Positions 38,409-46,753 of a stretch of 64,000 bases of DNA are shown piece by piece. Below the pieces are notes generated by a model, which was given only the letters and a program-made list of their open reading frames with translations, was not told the DNA's origin and searched no databases. How positions within the stretch are numbered: the stretch's first letter is position 1; every line of letters begins with the position of its first letter. The translations under genes and the position numbers were made by a program. Origin of the DNA: Bacteroidales bacterium (GTDB lineage: Bacteria > Bacteroidota > Bacteroidia > Bacteroidales > JAFGXI01); the NCBI GenBank assembly GCA_016936665.1, contig JAFGXI010000017.1, positions 20,146 to 84,145 of the forward strand. The letters are read 5' to 3'.

Positions 38409-38756
38409 ATGAAACATGTAAAATTTATTGTAGGATTGGCCATTGCTGGTTCTTTGTTAATGTCTTGTACTAAAGAAGATGGGACAGAATCTTTAAAATT
38501 ATCAGAAGGAAAGGATATTCTTTTAGATGAAAACTTTAATTTAGATGGAGAGATCGGGGTTTTATACCGTACAGAAAGTAATCAGCTAATTTTAAAAGTA
38601 GACAAAAAAACTATTGAAGAAAGAGCATCTGACAGATGGACAGGCACATTTAGAGCAGCGAGTTTTGGGAAAAATCAATCATGCAGTGGAACCCCTAAAA
38701 ACTGTTACGGGGCAAAACTTGACACCGGAGAAAGTGTAATAGTAGTAAGTAATTAA
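38409..38756 (+). CDS. small lipoprotein with a single C-x7-C pair
   Basis: 115 aa with lipobox SLLMSC. The only other cysteines are in QSCSGTPKNCYG near the C-terminus. Confidence 0.6.
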   Translation: MKHVKFIVGLAIAGSLLMSCTKEDGTESLKLSEGKDILLDENFNLDGEIGVLYRTESNQLILKVDKKTIEERASDRWTGTFRAASFGKNQSCSGTPKNCYGAKLDTGESVIVVSN

Positions 38757-38806
38757 CACATAATGGCAGCCCGATCTTTATCGGGTTGCTATAAAAATTG
38801 ACATAT

Positions 38807-40450
38807 ATGAATTTAAAAATAAGCGGACTTTTAGTTTTTGTTACACTTTTACTGTCGTGTAAACAAAACGATACCATAAAACAACATATTATAATTGAAG
38901 CCACAGATTCGTTAACCATTGAATTTCCAACCAAAAAATGGTACCGTATTCTATATACAGAATTAAATGTAAAAGAAAATAAATTATTGCTTTTGTTGGG
39001 TAGTAATAGTTTCTGTTCGCCAATGTTGTACCAATACAATCTTTCTTCAGCCTCTTGGGATAGTATTTCTTTCAAAAGTATTACCCCCGAAGGCTCTCAA
39101 ATCGATTTCTTTCATTACCTTTCTAAAGATAGTATTTACCTCTTTTGTGATATTCACAGCGAAAACAATGATAGTTTAATAATTCTAACCAACGATAAAG
39201 CCGAAAACAGAAAAACAATAGCACTTAAGCACCCATATATCCGCAATACATATGCACCATATTGCGATACTTCTTTATTAGTTAAACCCGTAGCTTGGTT
39301 TAATTTTAATTCTATAAATAAACACAATATCTTTTTATCCTTTACCGACTACAATTTCACCAGATTTAAAGCCGACTCATTAAAGCACATTCAGCATCCG
39401 TTAATTGCCTACTACGATTTAGCTAAAGACAGCCTAATAATGAATAATAACATTTGGTACCCCGATTTGTCGGATGGTTTTTATCCTTGGGGAGCATACT
39501 TTACAAATATCAGCCTTGGAGCAAAAGGAAACCCATTGGTAAGCTTTTCTTACACGCCCACATTTTTAGAATGGGATATTAAAGAAAACAAGCTTATAAA
39601 ACACGAAATAAATTCGGAAGCTACAGACTCTATTTTACCGTATAAAGAATATATTGACGAACAATATAGTACTACACAACCCTACTACGGCTTACTAGTA
39701 TTCGACAATTACAATAAAACATATACCCGCCATATCGTCTACCCAAACGAAACCTATGGTGATTTTAAGAATATTCAAATTCATACAGACGAAAATTTCA
39801 ATGTCATTGGAGAATCGTACAATCAACCTCTATATATCCCATTAGCCAACGGTTGGAACTTAGACTTTTTTAATAGCCAAAATGAGAATAAAATAATACT
39901 CAAAAAAATTAAATATGCTTATCGTCCATATGATGAATCGCTTTTTGTAGAGAAGATGCGTGCCGCGCAAAACCAAAAGATTGAAAAACTAGAAAACTAT
40001 AAATGTTCTATAGGTATAAATAGGAAAGCCGACAACACTTTCGAACCATCTGAATTACTATTATACTTTAAAAATAGATTGCATATTGAAGACAGTACTT
40101 ATGTTGTATACGCAGTGCAAAACAATGCTTGCCCGGGTTGCGTAAATTATGTCTACAAGTTTTTTAAACTAAATAAAGAAATTATAGAGAGTAAACCATT
40201 TTATTTACTTATAGTTGAAGATGATAAGTCAATCGTTACATCAATTCTTAACGAATATGAAATAAAAAGTTTTAAAAACTTAAAACAAGACTCTATCTTC
40301 AATTATCAAGTTTTTCATCCATACTTAGAAAACAATCCTCGACTTATATTGATAAAAAATAATCAAATTATTACCGATAGCATATACGCTCCGGATAATT
40401 TACCAGAAATGATATACAATAGTTTAGATTTTATTAATTTTAAACACTAA
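38807..40450 (+). CDS. lipoprotein, paralog 1: ~400-aa N-terminal repeat/beta-rich region plus a C-terminal CPGC thioredoxin-like module
   Basis: ATG at 38807 (MNLKISGLLVFVTLLLSC). CPGC lies at nt 40130-40141 in YVVYAVQNNACPGCVNYVYKFF, followed later by NPRLILIKNNQIITD. It aligns full-length with the next gene. Confidence 0.7.
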   Translation: MNLKISGLLVFVTLLLSCKQNDTIKQHIIIEATDSLTIEFPTKKWYRILYTELNVKENKLLLLLGSNSFCSPMLYQYNLSSASWDSISFKSITPEGSQIDFFHYLSKDSIYLFCDIHSENNDSLIILTNDKAENRKTIALKHPYIRNTYAPYCDTSLLVKPVAWFNFNSINKHNIFLSFTDYNFTRFKADSLKHIQHPLIAYYDLAKDSLIMNNNIWYPDLSDGFYPWGAYFTNISLGAKGNPLVSFSYTPTFLEWDIKENKLIKHEINSEATDSILPYKEYIDEQYSTTQPYYGLLVFDNYNKTYTRHIVYPNETYGDFKNIQIHTDENFNVIGESYNQPLYIPLANGWNLDFFNSQNENKIILKKIKYAYRPYDESLFVEKMRAAQNQKIEKLENYKCSIGINRKADNTFEPSELLLYFKNRLHIEDSTYVVYAVQNNACPGCVNYVYKFFKLNKEIIESKPFYLLIVEDDKSIVTSILNEYEIKSFKNLKQDSIFNYQVFHPYLENNPRLILIKNNQIITDSIYAPDNLPEMIYNSLDFINFKH

Positions 40451-40582
40451 GCTCTAATCGCTTTGAGAAGCTATCTAATAACTTATCCCTTTCATAGCTG
40501 TTTATATATAATTTTCAATATCGATGTAGTTTTTTTATTAGTAATGTTTATAAGTTTTAGATAGTTTCTTAATTTCTTTTAT

Positions 40583-42253
40583 ATGATAAGTAGAATTGCT
40601 CTTTTAATAATAATTATAACATCAATATTTTCTTGCTTTCATGACAAAAACAAGGATGCTAAAAACTCTGAGTTTTTAATAAAACACAAACTTAAAGAGA
40701 TCACTTTACCCTTGCCAAAAGGCCAAATTTGGTCGGCTAATATTACGCGTTTTGTAGAAATAGAAGACAGCTTGCACTTGTTAATATATTATTACCCCAA
40801 GCCTGCTATTTTTGACTATAACGTAATAACGGAAGAATTAAGCAAAACCATTAAACTGCCTGATTATTTGCATGGCATATCCGATTTTAATTATTACAAT
40901 AAAGACTCTATCCTGCTAATGGGTTCTTCTGAATACAAATATAATAATGACAGTTCCATTGTATTAATTAATGATAAAGGGCAATACCTTGCATCTTACC
41001 CCTTAACTTACTATAAACTCATAAACTCATACAACTACCCTGAATTTATAAAAACCACATCTGATACATCTTTAAACGAAACTGCTTTTGATTCTATCTT
41101 ATTTAATTGGGCAATTTTTAATGTCATAATAAAACCCAGTACCTTAAAATATAGAATATACTCTGCTCTAAGCAATTCCAATATTGGAACTTCAAAAAAT
41201 GTAAATTTATTTCCAGTTTTAGCATATTATGATTTTAAAGAAAAAGAATACAAAGTATCAAATATCAAATACCCCGATATAAAGAAAGATGAGTATCTGC
41301 CAAATGCAAATTATTATACAATGATGGAGTTTGGCATTAAAAAGCAACTGCATTTATCTTTTATGCACACGCCTAAAATATTAATACTTAATTATGAAAT
41401 GAATGTGTTAGATTCTGTTGTTATCAATTCAAAATATGCTTCACCTGCTAAAAAAACAAACATGCCGTACCTAGAAAATGAACAGAGGCATTATCCAGTC
41501 TATTTGGACTTAATTCATTTGCCAAAAAGCAATAAATACTTGAGATTAATTAGCATTACAAAAAACATTCAGTTGGCAGTTGTTACTGACGAGCAATTCA
41601 ACTACATAGGAGAAACAATTCTAGATAATGGATTTATAGAACAAATAAATAGCGAAGGCATTTGGACTTCCGATATAAAAGGGGATTCTATATATTATAC
41701 GTTATGGGATTACGAGTTTGGAGAATATAATGAAGCCAAATTTAAATATGAGCTGGATTCCCTTATAGCAATTGAGAAAAGTTGGGAAAGCCAAGGCGAA
41801 TGCAAACCAAACGGCTTAAAAAAAGAAGCCCTCAATATAACAGAATACGCCAATAAACAATGGGGCATTCGAGACTCTAATTATGCTTTAGTAATTATCG
41901 ATGGCGGTGGTTGCCCCGGCTGTGTCGATTATGTAATGCGTTTTTTATCGGCCAACAAACAAGTCTTATTCGATATTAGCCCTACCCCTGTATATTTAGT
42001 ATATCGAGAAAACAACACCTATCATGCCAATTTAAAACGAGCTCTCTTGCAATATCAGTTAGAGCCAAGTTCGAAAATATTTACCGACTCATTAATTTTA
42101 TACGAAAAATACAACCCTTATAACACAGGTCACAATCCACGGCTTGTTCTTTTTAAAGATCAAAAAATGCTTTTAGATTCTGAATATTTACCAGATGCTC
42201 TCGATGGCTTTCCAAATGCTGTAATTGATTTCTTAGACTTTGAAACGAATTAA
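40583..42253 (+). CDS. lipoprotein, paralog 2: the same architecture with a C-terminal CPGC thioredoxin-like module
   Basis: 556 aa with lipobox SIFSC. CPGC lies at nt 41912-41923 in YALVIIDGGGCPGCVDYVMRFL, followed by NPRLVLFKDQKMLLD. Confidence 0.7.
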   Translation: MISRIALLIIIITSIFSCFHDKNKDAKNSEFLIKHKLKEITLPLPKGQIWSANITRFVEIEDSLHLLIYYYPKPAIFDYNVITEELSKTIKLPDYLHGISDFNYYNKDSILLMGSSEYKYNNDSSIVLINDKGQYLASYPLTYYKLINSYNYPEFIKTTSDTSLNETAFDSILFNWAIFNVIIKPSTLKYRIYSALSNSNIGTSKNVNLFPVLAYYDFKEKEYKVSNIKYPDIKKDEYLPNANYYTMMEFGIKKQLHLSFMHTPKILILNYEMNVLDSVVINSKYASPAKKTNMPYLENEQRHYPVYLDLIHLPKSNKYLRLISITKNIQLAVVTDEQFNYIGETILDNGFIEQINSEGIWTSDIKGDSIYYTLWDYEFGEYNEAKFKYELDSLIAIEKSWESQGECKPNGLKKEALNITEYANKQWGIRDSNYALVIIDGGGCPGCVDYVMRFLSANKQVLFDISPTPVYLVYRENNTYHANLKRALLQYQLEPSSKIFTDSLILYEKYNPYNTGHNPRLVLFKDQKMLLDSEYLPDALDGFPNAVIDFLDFETN

Positions 42254-42265
42254 AGTGTATTAATT

Positions 42266-42296
42266 AACCCACTGTTTTTTATGCACTGGGTTTTTT
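42266..42296 (+). terminator. probable terminator after paralog 2
   Basis: AACCCACTG-N9-CACTGGGTT (one internal mismatch) followed by T6. Confidence 0.45.
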
Positions 42297-42332
42297 ATAT
42301 ATTTACGCAAAACCTCTTTAAAATACTAGATT

Positions 42333-43730
42333 ATGATTTATACCGATTTGCATGTTCATCCTGTTTTGAAATGTTACGGGAAGAACCAATACCAGCCATC
42401 CGACGATCCTAAAAACGAAGCTAATTTGTTTTTTCATAAACGTTTTAATTTTTGGAACCGACTTATAGAAAATCTTTTAACGCTCACGCCTTATCGACAA
42501 GCCGATTTATTTTCTGCCAGCTTAGGCAATGCTCAACTTCTTGGCAATGCCATGTATTCGCCCGAACGCGATTTCTTTATCGGGAAGATCGATAGCCCTG
42601 CATTGGAAAATATGGTGACCGATTTTGGAAAAGATTGGATTGAAAAAATACAAGACCCTAACACAAGCTACTACGACGAAATGGTTCGGCAATTTGAGTT
42701 TATTGCCACACTTAATAATCAAAAATTTACTATTGATAAAAAAGAATATCGGTATCTTACCATCGATTCTTCCGACTCGCTCGAAAAAGCTTTAAGTTCT
42801 GTAGATGCACAAACCATTCTTTTGTTTTATACAGTTGAAGGTGGTCATAATTTATTTTCTCAGGTGGATTCGCAAGCCAAAACAGATCAAAAAATTAAAG
42901 AAGGAAGCATTGCATTTTTAAAATCTAAAAAACCTTTTTATTTCACTTTAGCTCATCACTTTTATAACCAACTGAGCGGGCACTGCATCAGCCTTCCGCC
43001 ATCGTTGCAAAAGTTAAGACATCAGACCTTCGGTACAGAAGATGGAAATAACGAATTAAGACCACAGGGCAAAGAAGTCATTAATAACCTTTTAAGTCGC
43101 GAAAATGGTCAGCGTATCTATATCGACGTTAAACATATGCATCCCGTCGCTAGAAACCAGTATTATGCAATACTCGATCAAATGGCATTACAAGGCGATA
43201 ATGTTCCTTTAATATTCAGCCATGGCGGGGCAAACGGGATGAAAAACTATGCCAACAAAACAATCACAAACAACCTATTACACAACGAAGACATAGGATT
43301 ATACGACGATGAAATTATTAGATTGATGAAGTCCGATGGCTTGTTTGGTCTGAATATGGACGAACGCGTTATGTCGAGCGAAGAGGCGCTAAAAGCTACT
43401 AAAAAATATAAATGTGCAAAAAAACGATTTAAAGCTACTTCCGGATTAATTTGGAACAATATCGAACACATTGTTAAAGTTTGTAACTCAGAGCAGATCA
43501 ATCCTTGGCCACATATCTGTATTGGTAGCGATTACGATGGTATTATTAATCCGGTAAATGGTTTCTGGACATTAGAATATCTCCCACGTTTTTATCAATA
43601 TTTATGGAAGCATATGGATGAATTTCTTAAAAAAAATCCTGCACTTTCTTTTGGAATGAGCCAAACAGATATAATGCAAGGTCTGTTTTCTAAAAACATG
43701 ATTCGGTTCATGCTTAAGTATTATAAATAA
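42333..43730 (+). CDS. membrane-dipeptidase (peptidase M19)-like amidohydrolase, atypical, with no signal peptide
   Basis: 465 aa. The motifs DLHVHP ... VEGGHNL ... TLAHHFYN ... IDVKHMH ... FSHGGA ... GSDYDG occur in the same order as the M19 metal and active-site motifs, but the first is HxH rather than HxD. Confidence 0.6.
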   Translation: MIYTDLHVHPVLKCYGKNQYQPSDDPKNEANLFFHKRFNFWNRLIENLLTLTPYRQADLFSASLGNAQLLGNAMYSPERDFFIGKIDSPALENMVTDFGKDWIEKIQDPNTSYYDEMVRQFEFIATLNNQKFTIDKKEYRYLTIDSSDSLEKALSSVDAQTILLFYTVEGGHNLFSQVDSQAKTDQKIKEGSIAFLKSKKPFYFTLAHHFYNQLSGHCISLPPSLQKLRHQTFGTEDGNNELRPQGKEVINNLLSRENGQRIYIDVKHMHPVARNQYYAILDQMALQGDNVPLIFSHGGANGMKNYANKTITNNLLHNEDIGLYDDEIIRLMKSDGLFGLNMDERVMSSEEALKATKKYKCAKKRFKATSGLIWNNIEHIVKVCNSEQINPWPHICIGSDYDGIINPVNGFWTLEYLPRFYQYLWKHMDEFLKKNPALSFGMSQTDIMQGLFSKNMIRFMLKYYK

Positions 43731-43778
43731 CTGGGAATAAGATTTATTGAATGTGTTTCTGATAAAGAGAATTATTCG

Positions 43779-44342
43779 TTATTCCCGAATAATTTTAAAC
43801 AAACCACCCATGTCCAGTTTTATAATACTCGATGCTTTACCTTTTTCAATGTCATCTTGCCGGTATTGCACAATATAATCGACGGCTTGTTTAATCTCAT
43901 CACTAATTTCGTCGAAGATAGTTGGCGCTATATCTCCACTAACATTGGCCGACGTTGATACAATTGGTTTTTGCAATAGGCCTATCAATTTCCGGCAAAA
44001 TTCGTCATTTGTCAATCTTATGCCTATAGAACCATCTTCGGCAATCAGATTTTGAGCTAAGTGCTTGGCTTTAGGATAGATAATTGTTAGAGGTTTGTCG
44101 GTATGCTCAATTAAATCCCAAGCAATTTCCGGGATTTCTTCAACATACATTTCCAAACGAAAAGGCGTATCTATTAAGCAAAGCATACTTTTTCTATCGG
44201 AACGTTGCTTAATTTGATAAATCTTTTTCACAGCGTCCTCGTTTTCAGCATCGCAACCAAGCCCCCAAATCGTGTCGGTCGGATACAAAATTACTCCACC
44301 TTGGCGTAGTACATCTACAGCTTTTTTAATATCGTCGTTCAT
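43779..44342 (-). CDS. tsaC: L-threonylcarbamoyladenylate synthase (TsaC/YrdC type)
   Basis: 187 aa. Contains ILYPTDTIWGLGCDAENEDAVKKIYQIKQRSDRKSM and STSANVSG. Confidence 0.85.
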   Translation of the reverse strand: MNDDIKKAVDVLRQGGVILYPTDTIWGLGCDAENEDAVKKIYQIKQRSDRKSMLCLIDTPFRLEMYVEEIPEIAWDLIEHTDKPLTIIYPKAKHLAQNLIAEDGSIGIRLTNDEFCRKLIGLLQKPIVSTSANVSGDIAPTIFDEISDEIKQAVDYIVQYRQDDIEKGKASSIIKLDMGGLFKIIRE

Positions 44343-44611
44343 TATAGGGGACTTCTAATAATTACTCCTTTCTGAGAAACAAAGATAGTAAATAAGATAC
44401 AAGGCATAAATTTTTATTAATAGCCGTAGCTATTTATAAAAATTTTAACGCAGTAGATTGTTTGCCATCTTTGTTCCCAAAAGGCTTTCATAAATCTTTT
44501 GCCTACTACCGAAAAATTATTCAAGTTATTTCGATAGCTCTCAAAATTTTTATTTGTATCCAAAATTTTATGAATGTCTCAGTTTGGACTAATTTTTAGA
44601 AGTCCCCTATA
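44343..44611. mobile_element. MITE-like non-coding element (269 bp) with ~35-bp imperfect terminal inverted repeats
   Basis: Left end: TATAGGGGACTTCTAATAATTACTCCTTTCTGAGAAAC. Reverse complement of right end: TATAGGGGACTTCTAAAAATTAGTCCAAACTGAGAC. There is an internal 17-bp-arm hairpin (AAATTTTTATTAATAGC/GCTATTTATAAAAATTT) and no ORF. The element fills the ispG-tsaC gap apart from a few bases. Confidence 0.5.
44380..44387 (-). promoter_or_regulatory. candidate -7 box TATCTTTG inside the MITE-like element, reading out toward tsaC
   Basis: Minus-strand TATCTTTG, 38 nt upstream of the tsaC ATG (44342). Confidence 0.3.
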
Positions 44612-44617
44612 GTTACA

Positions 44618-46417
44618 TTATGGTTCAACCCAATCGCCATGCTCTTTTATTATAGCAATTAACTCATCAACCGCTTCTTCCGAAGGTATATTTCTACGGA
44701 TCACGTCCTGACCTTTATACAAACTCACCATTCCTTTTCCGGCTCCAACATAGCCATAATCGGCGTCGGCCATCTCGCCTGGTCCATTTACAATACAGCC
44801 CATCACTCCTATCTTTAACGATTTTAAATGCGACAAACGCGATTTAATTTTATCGGTAGTTGTCTCTAAATCGAACAAGGTTCTACCACATGAAGGACAA
44901 GAAATAAATTCTGTTTTCGACATCCTGACGCGAGCTCCTTGTAAAATATTTAAAGCTATACTTGCTGCATTCGTTGTAGAATGCTCCGTTTCTAACCAAA
45001 TGCCATCGCCATAACCATCGACCAACGAAGGTCCAAAATCGCAAGCTGCATGAATTTCGAGGTTTTTTCCTATTTTAAAATGACGTCGAATTACTGTGGG
45101 TTGATTTAAATTCAGATTCGCCAATTTAAAAAAGAAAGTACGTATTTCTGCAACCGCATGAAGACTTGTCGCATTAAACACAAACGTAATCTCTGCATTT
45201 GAATCAATTTGTTCCAAAAGATCTATTTGCGATATTTCTAGCTGAACCCATGCTTTAGAATTTGGGCGGTGTATAAAATATTCATCCATCGACATCAATG
45301 GAAAAACTTGTTCTTTAGATGAATAATTTTCCCAAGGTACCAAATAGCTTTTTTGTTTATCGATATGTTCAGGCATGCTTTCCTGAAAAATCACATCTGC
45401 GTGCAAGTGCTCATTGACTCTGCCAACAACGATTGGTTTAGTATTTCCGCCAATAAATTTATAATCCGTTGATTTTCTTTTTTGATATTGATAAGGTGAA
45501 TAATCAACATCTGACACCGCTGGCAAGTTCACTGTGTTTGCCAAGCTGAAATGTTCAATAATAGTCCTCGCCACCGGTAATTCCGCTTTAGGATGCTCGG
45601 TTAAAGAGACACGAATGGTATCGCCAATCCCATCGGCCAATAAAGCCCCAATTCCAATAGCCGATTTTATTCGGGCATCTTCGCCATTGCCTGCTTCTGT
45701 AACACCTAAATGAATAGGGAATTGCATTTTTTCCTCCTTCATTTTTGCAGCCAACAAACGTGTTGAATGGGTCATCACCTGAGTATTGCTGGCTTTCATC
45801 GAAACAACCACATTTGCAAAGTTTTGTTGTTTACAAATTCGTAAAAACTCCATAGCGGCTTCGACCATTCCTTCCGGTGTGTTGCCATAACGATTGACAA
45901 TTCTATCGCTTAAAGAACCGTGGTTCGATCCCACTCTAATTGCCGTTCCATGTTTTCTGCAAAGCTCTAAAAATGGGATAAAAGTTGCTTCAATTCGTTT
46001 TAATTCTTCGGCGTAACTTTCATCGGTATAATCATGAGATTTAAAAACTTTTTTATCTACGTAGTTTCCTGGATTAATGCGTACCTTTTCGACAATTTCG
46101 GCTGCAATATCTGCTGCTTTTGGTGCAAAGTGAATATCGGCTACCAAGGGGACTGTTATTCCAAGTTCTTTAAGAGTTTGTTTAATATTTGCTAAGTTTT
46201 CTGCTTCTTTTTTCCCGGGAGCTGTGATTCTTACCAACTCGCAACCTGCTTCAACCAGCTCTTTCACTTGCGCTACCGTTTTATCAGTGTCCATTGTGGA
46301 AGTATTCACCATCGACTGCACCACTATTGGTTGCTCTCCACCAATGACAAGCGAACCTACTTTAACTTCTAGTGTAGGATATCTTTTATATTTAGAATAA
46401 TCTTCGCAATAATTCAC
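44618..46417 (-). CDS. ispG: 4-hydroxy-3-methylbut-2-en-1-yl diphosphate synthase, long form with an inserted domain
   Basis: 599 aa. Contains GcpE blocks (VRITAPGKKEAENL; RINPGN; CPSCGRT...GCIVNGPGE). Confidence 0.9.
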   Translation of the reverse strand: MNYCEDYSKYKRYPTLEVKVGSLVIGGEQPIVVQSMVNTSTMDTDKTVAQVKELVEAGCELVRITAPGKKEAENLANIKQTLKELGITVPLVADIHFAPKAADIAAEIVEKVRINPGNYVDKKVFKSHDYTDESYAEELKRIEATFIPFLELCRKHGTAIRVGSNHGSLSDRIVNRYGNTPEGMVEAAMEFLRICKQQNFANVVVSMKASNTQVMTHSTRLLAAKMKEEKMQFPIHLGVTEAGNGEDARIKSAIGIGALLADGIGDTIRVSLTEHPKAELPVARTIIEHFSLANTVNLPAVSDVDYSPYQYQKRKSTDYKFIGGNTKPIVVGRVNEHLHADVIFQESMPEHIDKQKSYLVPWENYSSKEQVFPLMSMDEYFIHRPNSKAWVQLEISQIDLLEQIDSNAEITFVFNATSLHAVAEIRTFFFKLANLNLNQPTVIRRHFKIGKNLEIHAACDFGPSLVDGYGDGIWLETEHSTTNAASIALNILQGARVRMSKTEFISCPSCGRTLFDLETTTDKIKSRLSHLKSLKIGVMGCIVNGPGEMADADYGYVGAGKGMVSLYKGQDVIRRNIPSEEAVDELIAIIKEHGDWVEP

Positions 46418-46684
46418 CGCTATTCTTTTATAGTTCTTTAATATTTAATTGTGCTCAAAATTAATTAAAATATTGGCAAGCCATACCATTCACATTTTTA
46501 ATCCAACAGATTCATTTTTCGTCAAAGCCAAAAAATAATTATCTATAAAAAGTAAGCACTAAAGTAGTTTATTGTTTAGTTTATCAAAGAGCACAAAAAA
46601 ATGAGTGAGTATTGAAACAAAAAGCTGCAACTTGCGTTTGAAATAGCAGATAGTGGTTTTTTCATAATAGTAATTAGTAGTTTT

Positions 46685-46719
46685 GCCCCGAGTCTTCCTG
46701 AATCGGGGTTTTTTCTTTT
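46685..46719 (+). terminator. orphan plus-strand intrinsic-terminator-like hairpin upstream of mtnA
   Basis: GCCCCGA-N11-TCGGGGT followed by TTTTTCTTTT. No annotated plus-strand gene lies upstream of it. Confidence 0.45.
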
Positions 46720-46727
46720 AAATACAT

Positions 46728-46735
46728 TAATTTTG
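46728..46735 (+). promoter_or_regulatory. candidate -7 box TAATTTTG for mtnA
   Basis: Matches TAnnTTTG and ends 19 nt upstream of the ATG at 46754. Confidence 0.4.
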
Positions 46736-46753
46736 CTAAACATAAGTTCAAAT

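Noticed and set aside
38695-39075. 126-aa minus-strand ORF spanning the end of the mini-lipoprotein gene and the start of paralog 1.
   Set aside because: It is antisense to two plus-strand genes that have proper lipoprotein signals and a paralog relationship, and it has no motifs of its own.
42333-43730. PHP-domain phosphoesterase as an alternative reading of the N-terminal DLHVHP motif.
   Set aside because: The downstream ordered motifs (EGGH, LAHH, DVKHM, FSHGG, GSDYDG) follow the M19 dipeptidase pattern rather than the four-motif PHP pattern. The assignment still needs a profile search.
46560-46690. SAM-I (S-box) riboswitch upstream of mtnA.
   Set aside because: The region only loosely resembles the P1 region (TTATCAAAGAGC) and GCAAC. 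The invariant GGAGGGA, GGCCC and GGTGC elements are absent. It is kept only as an unclassified leader in the findings.
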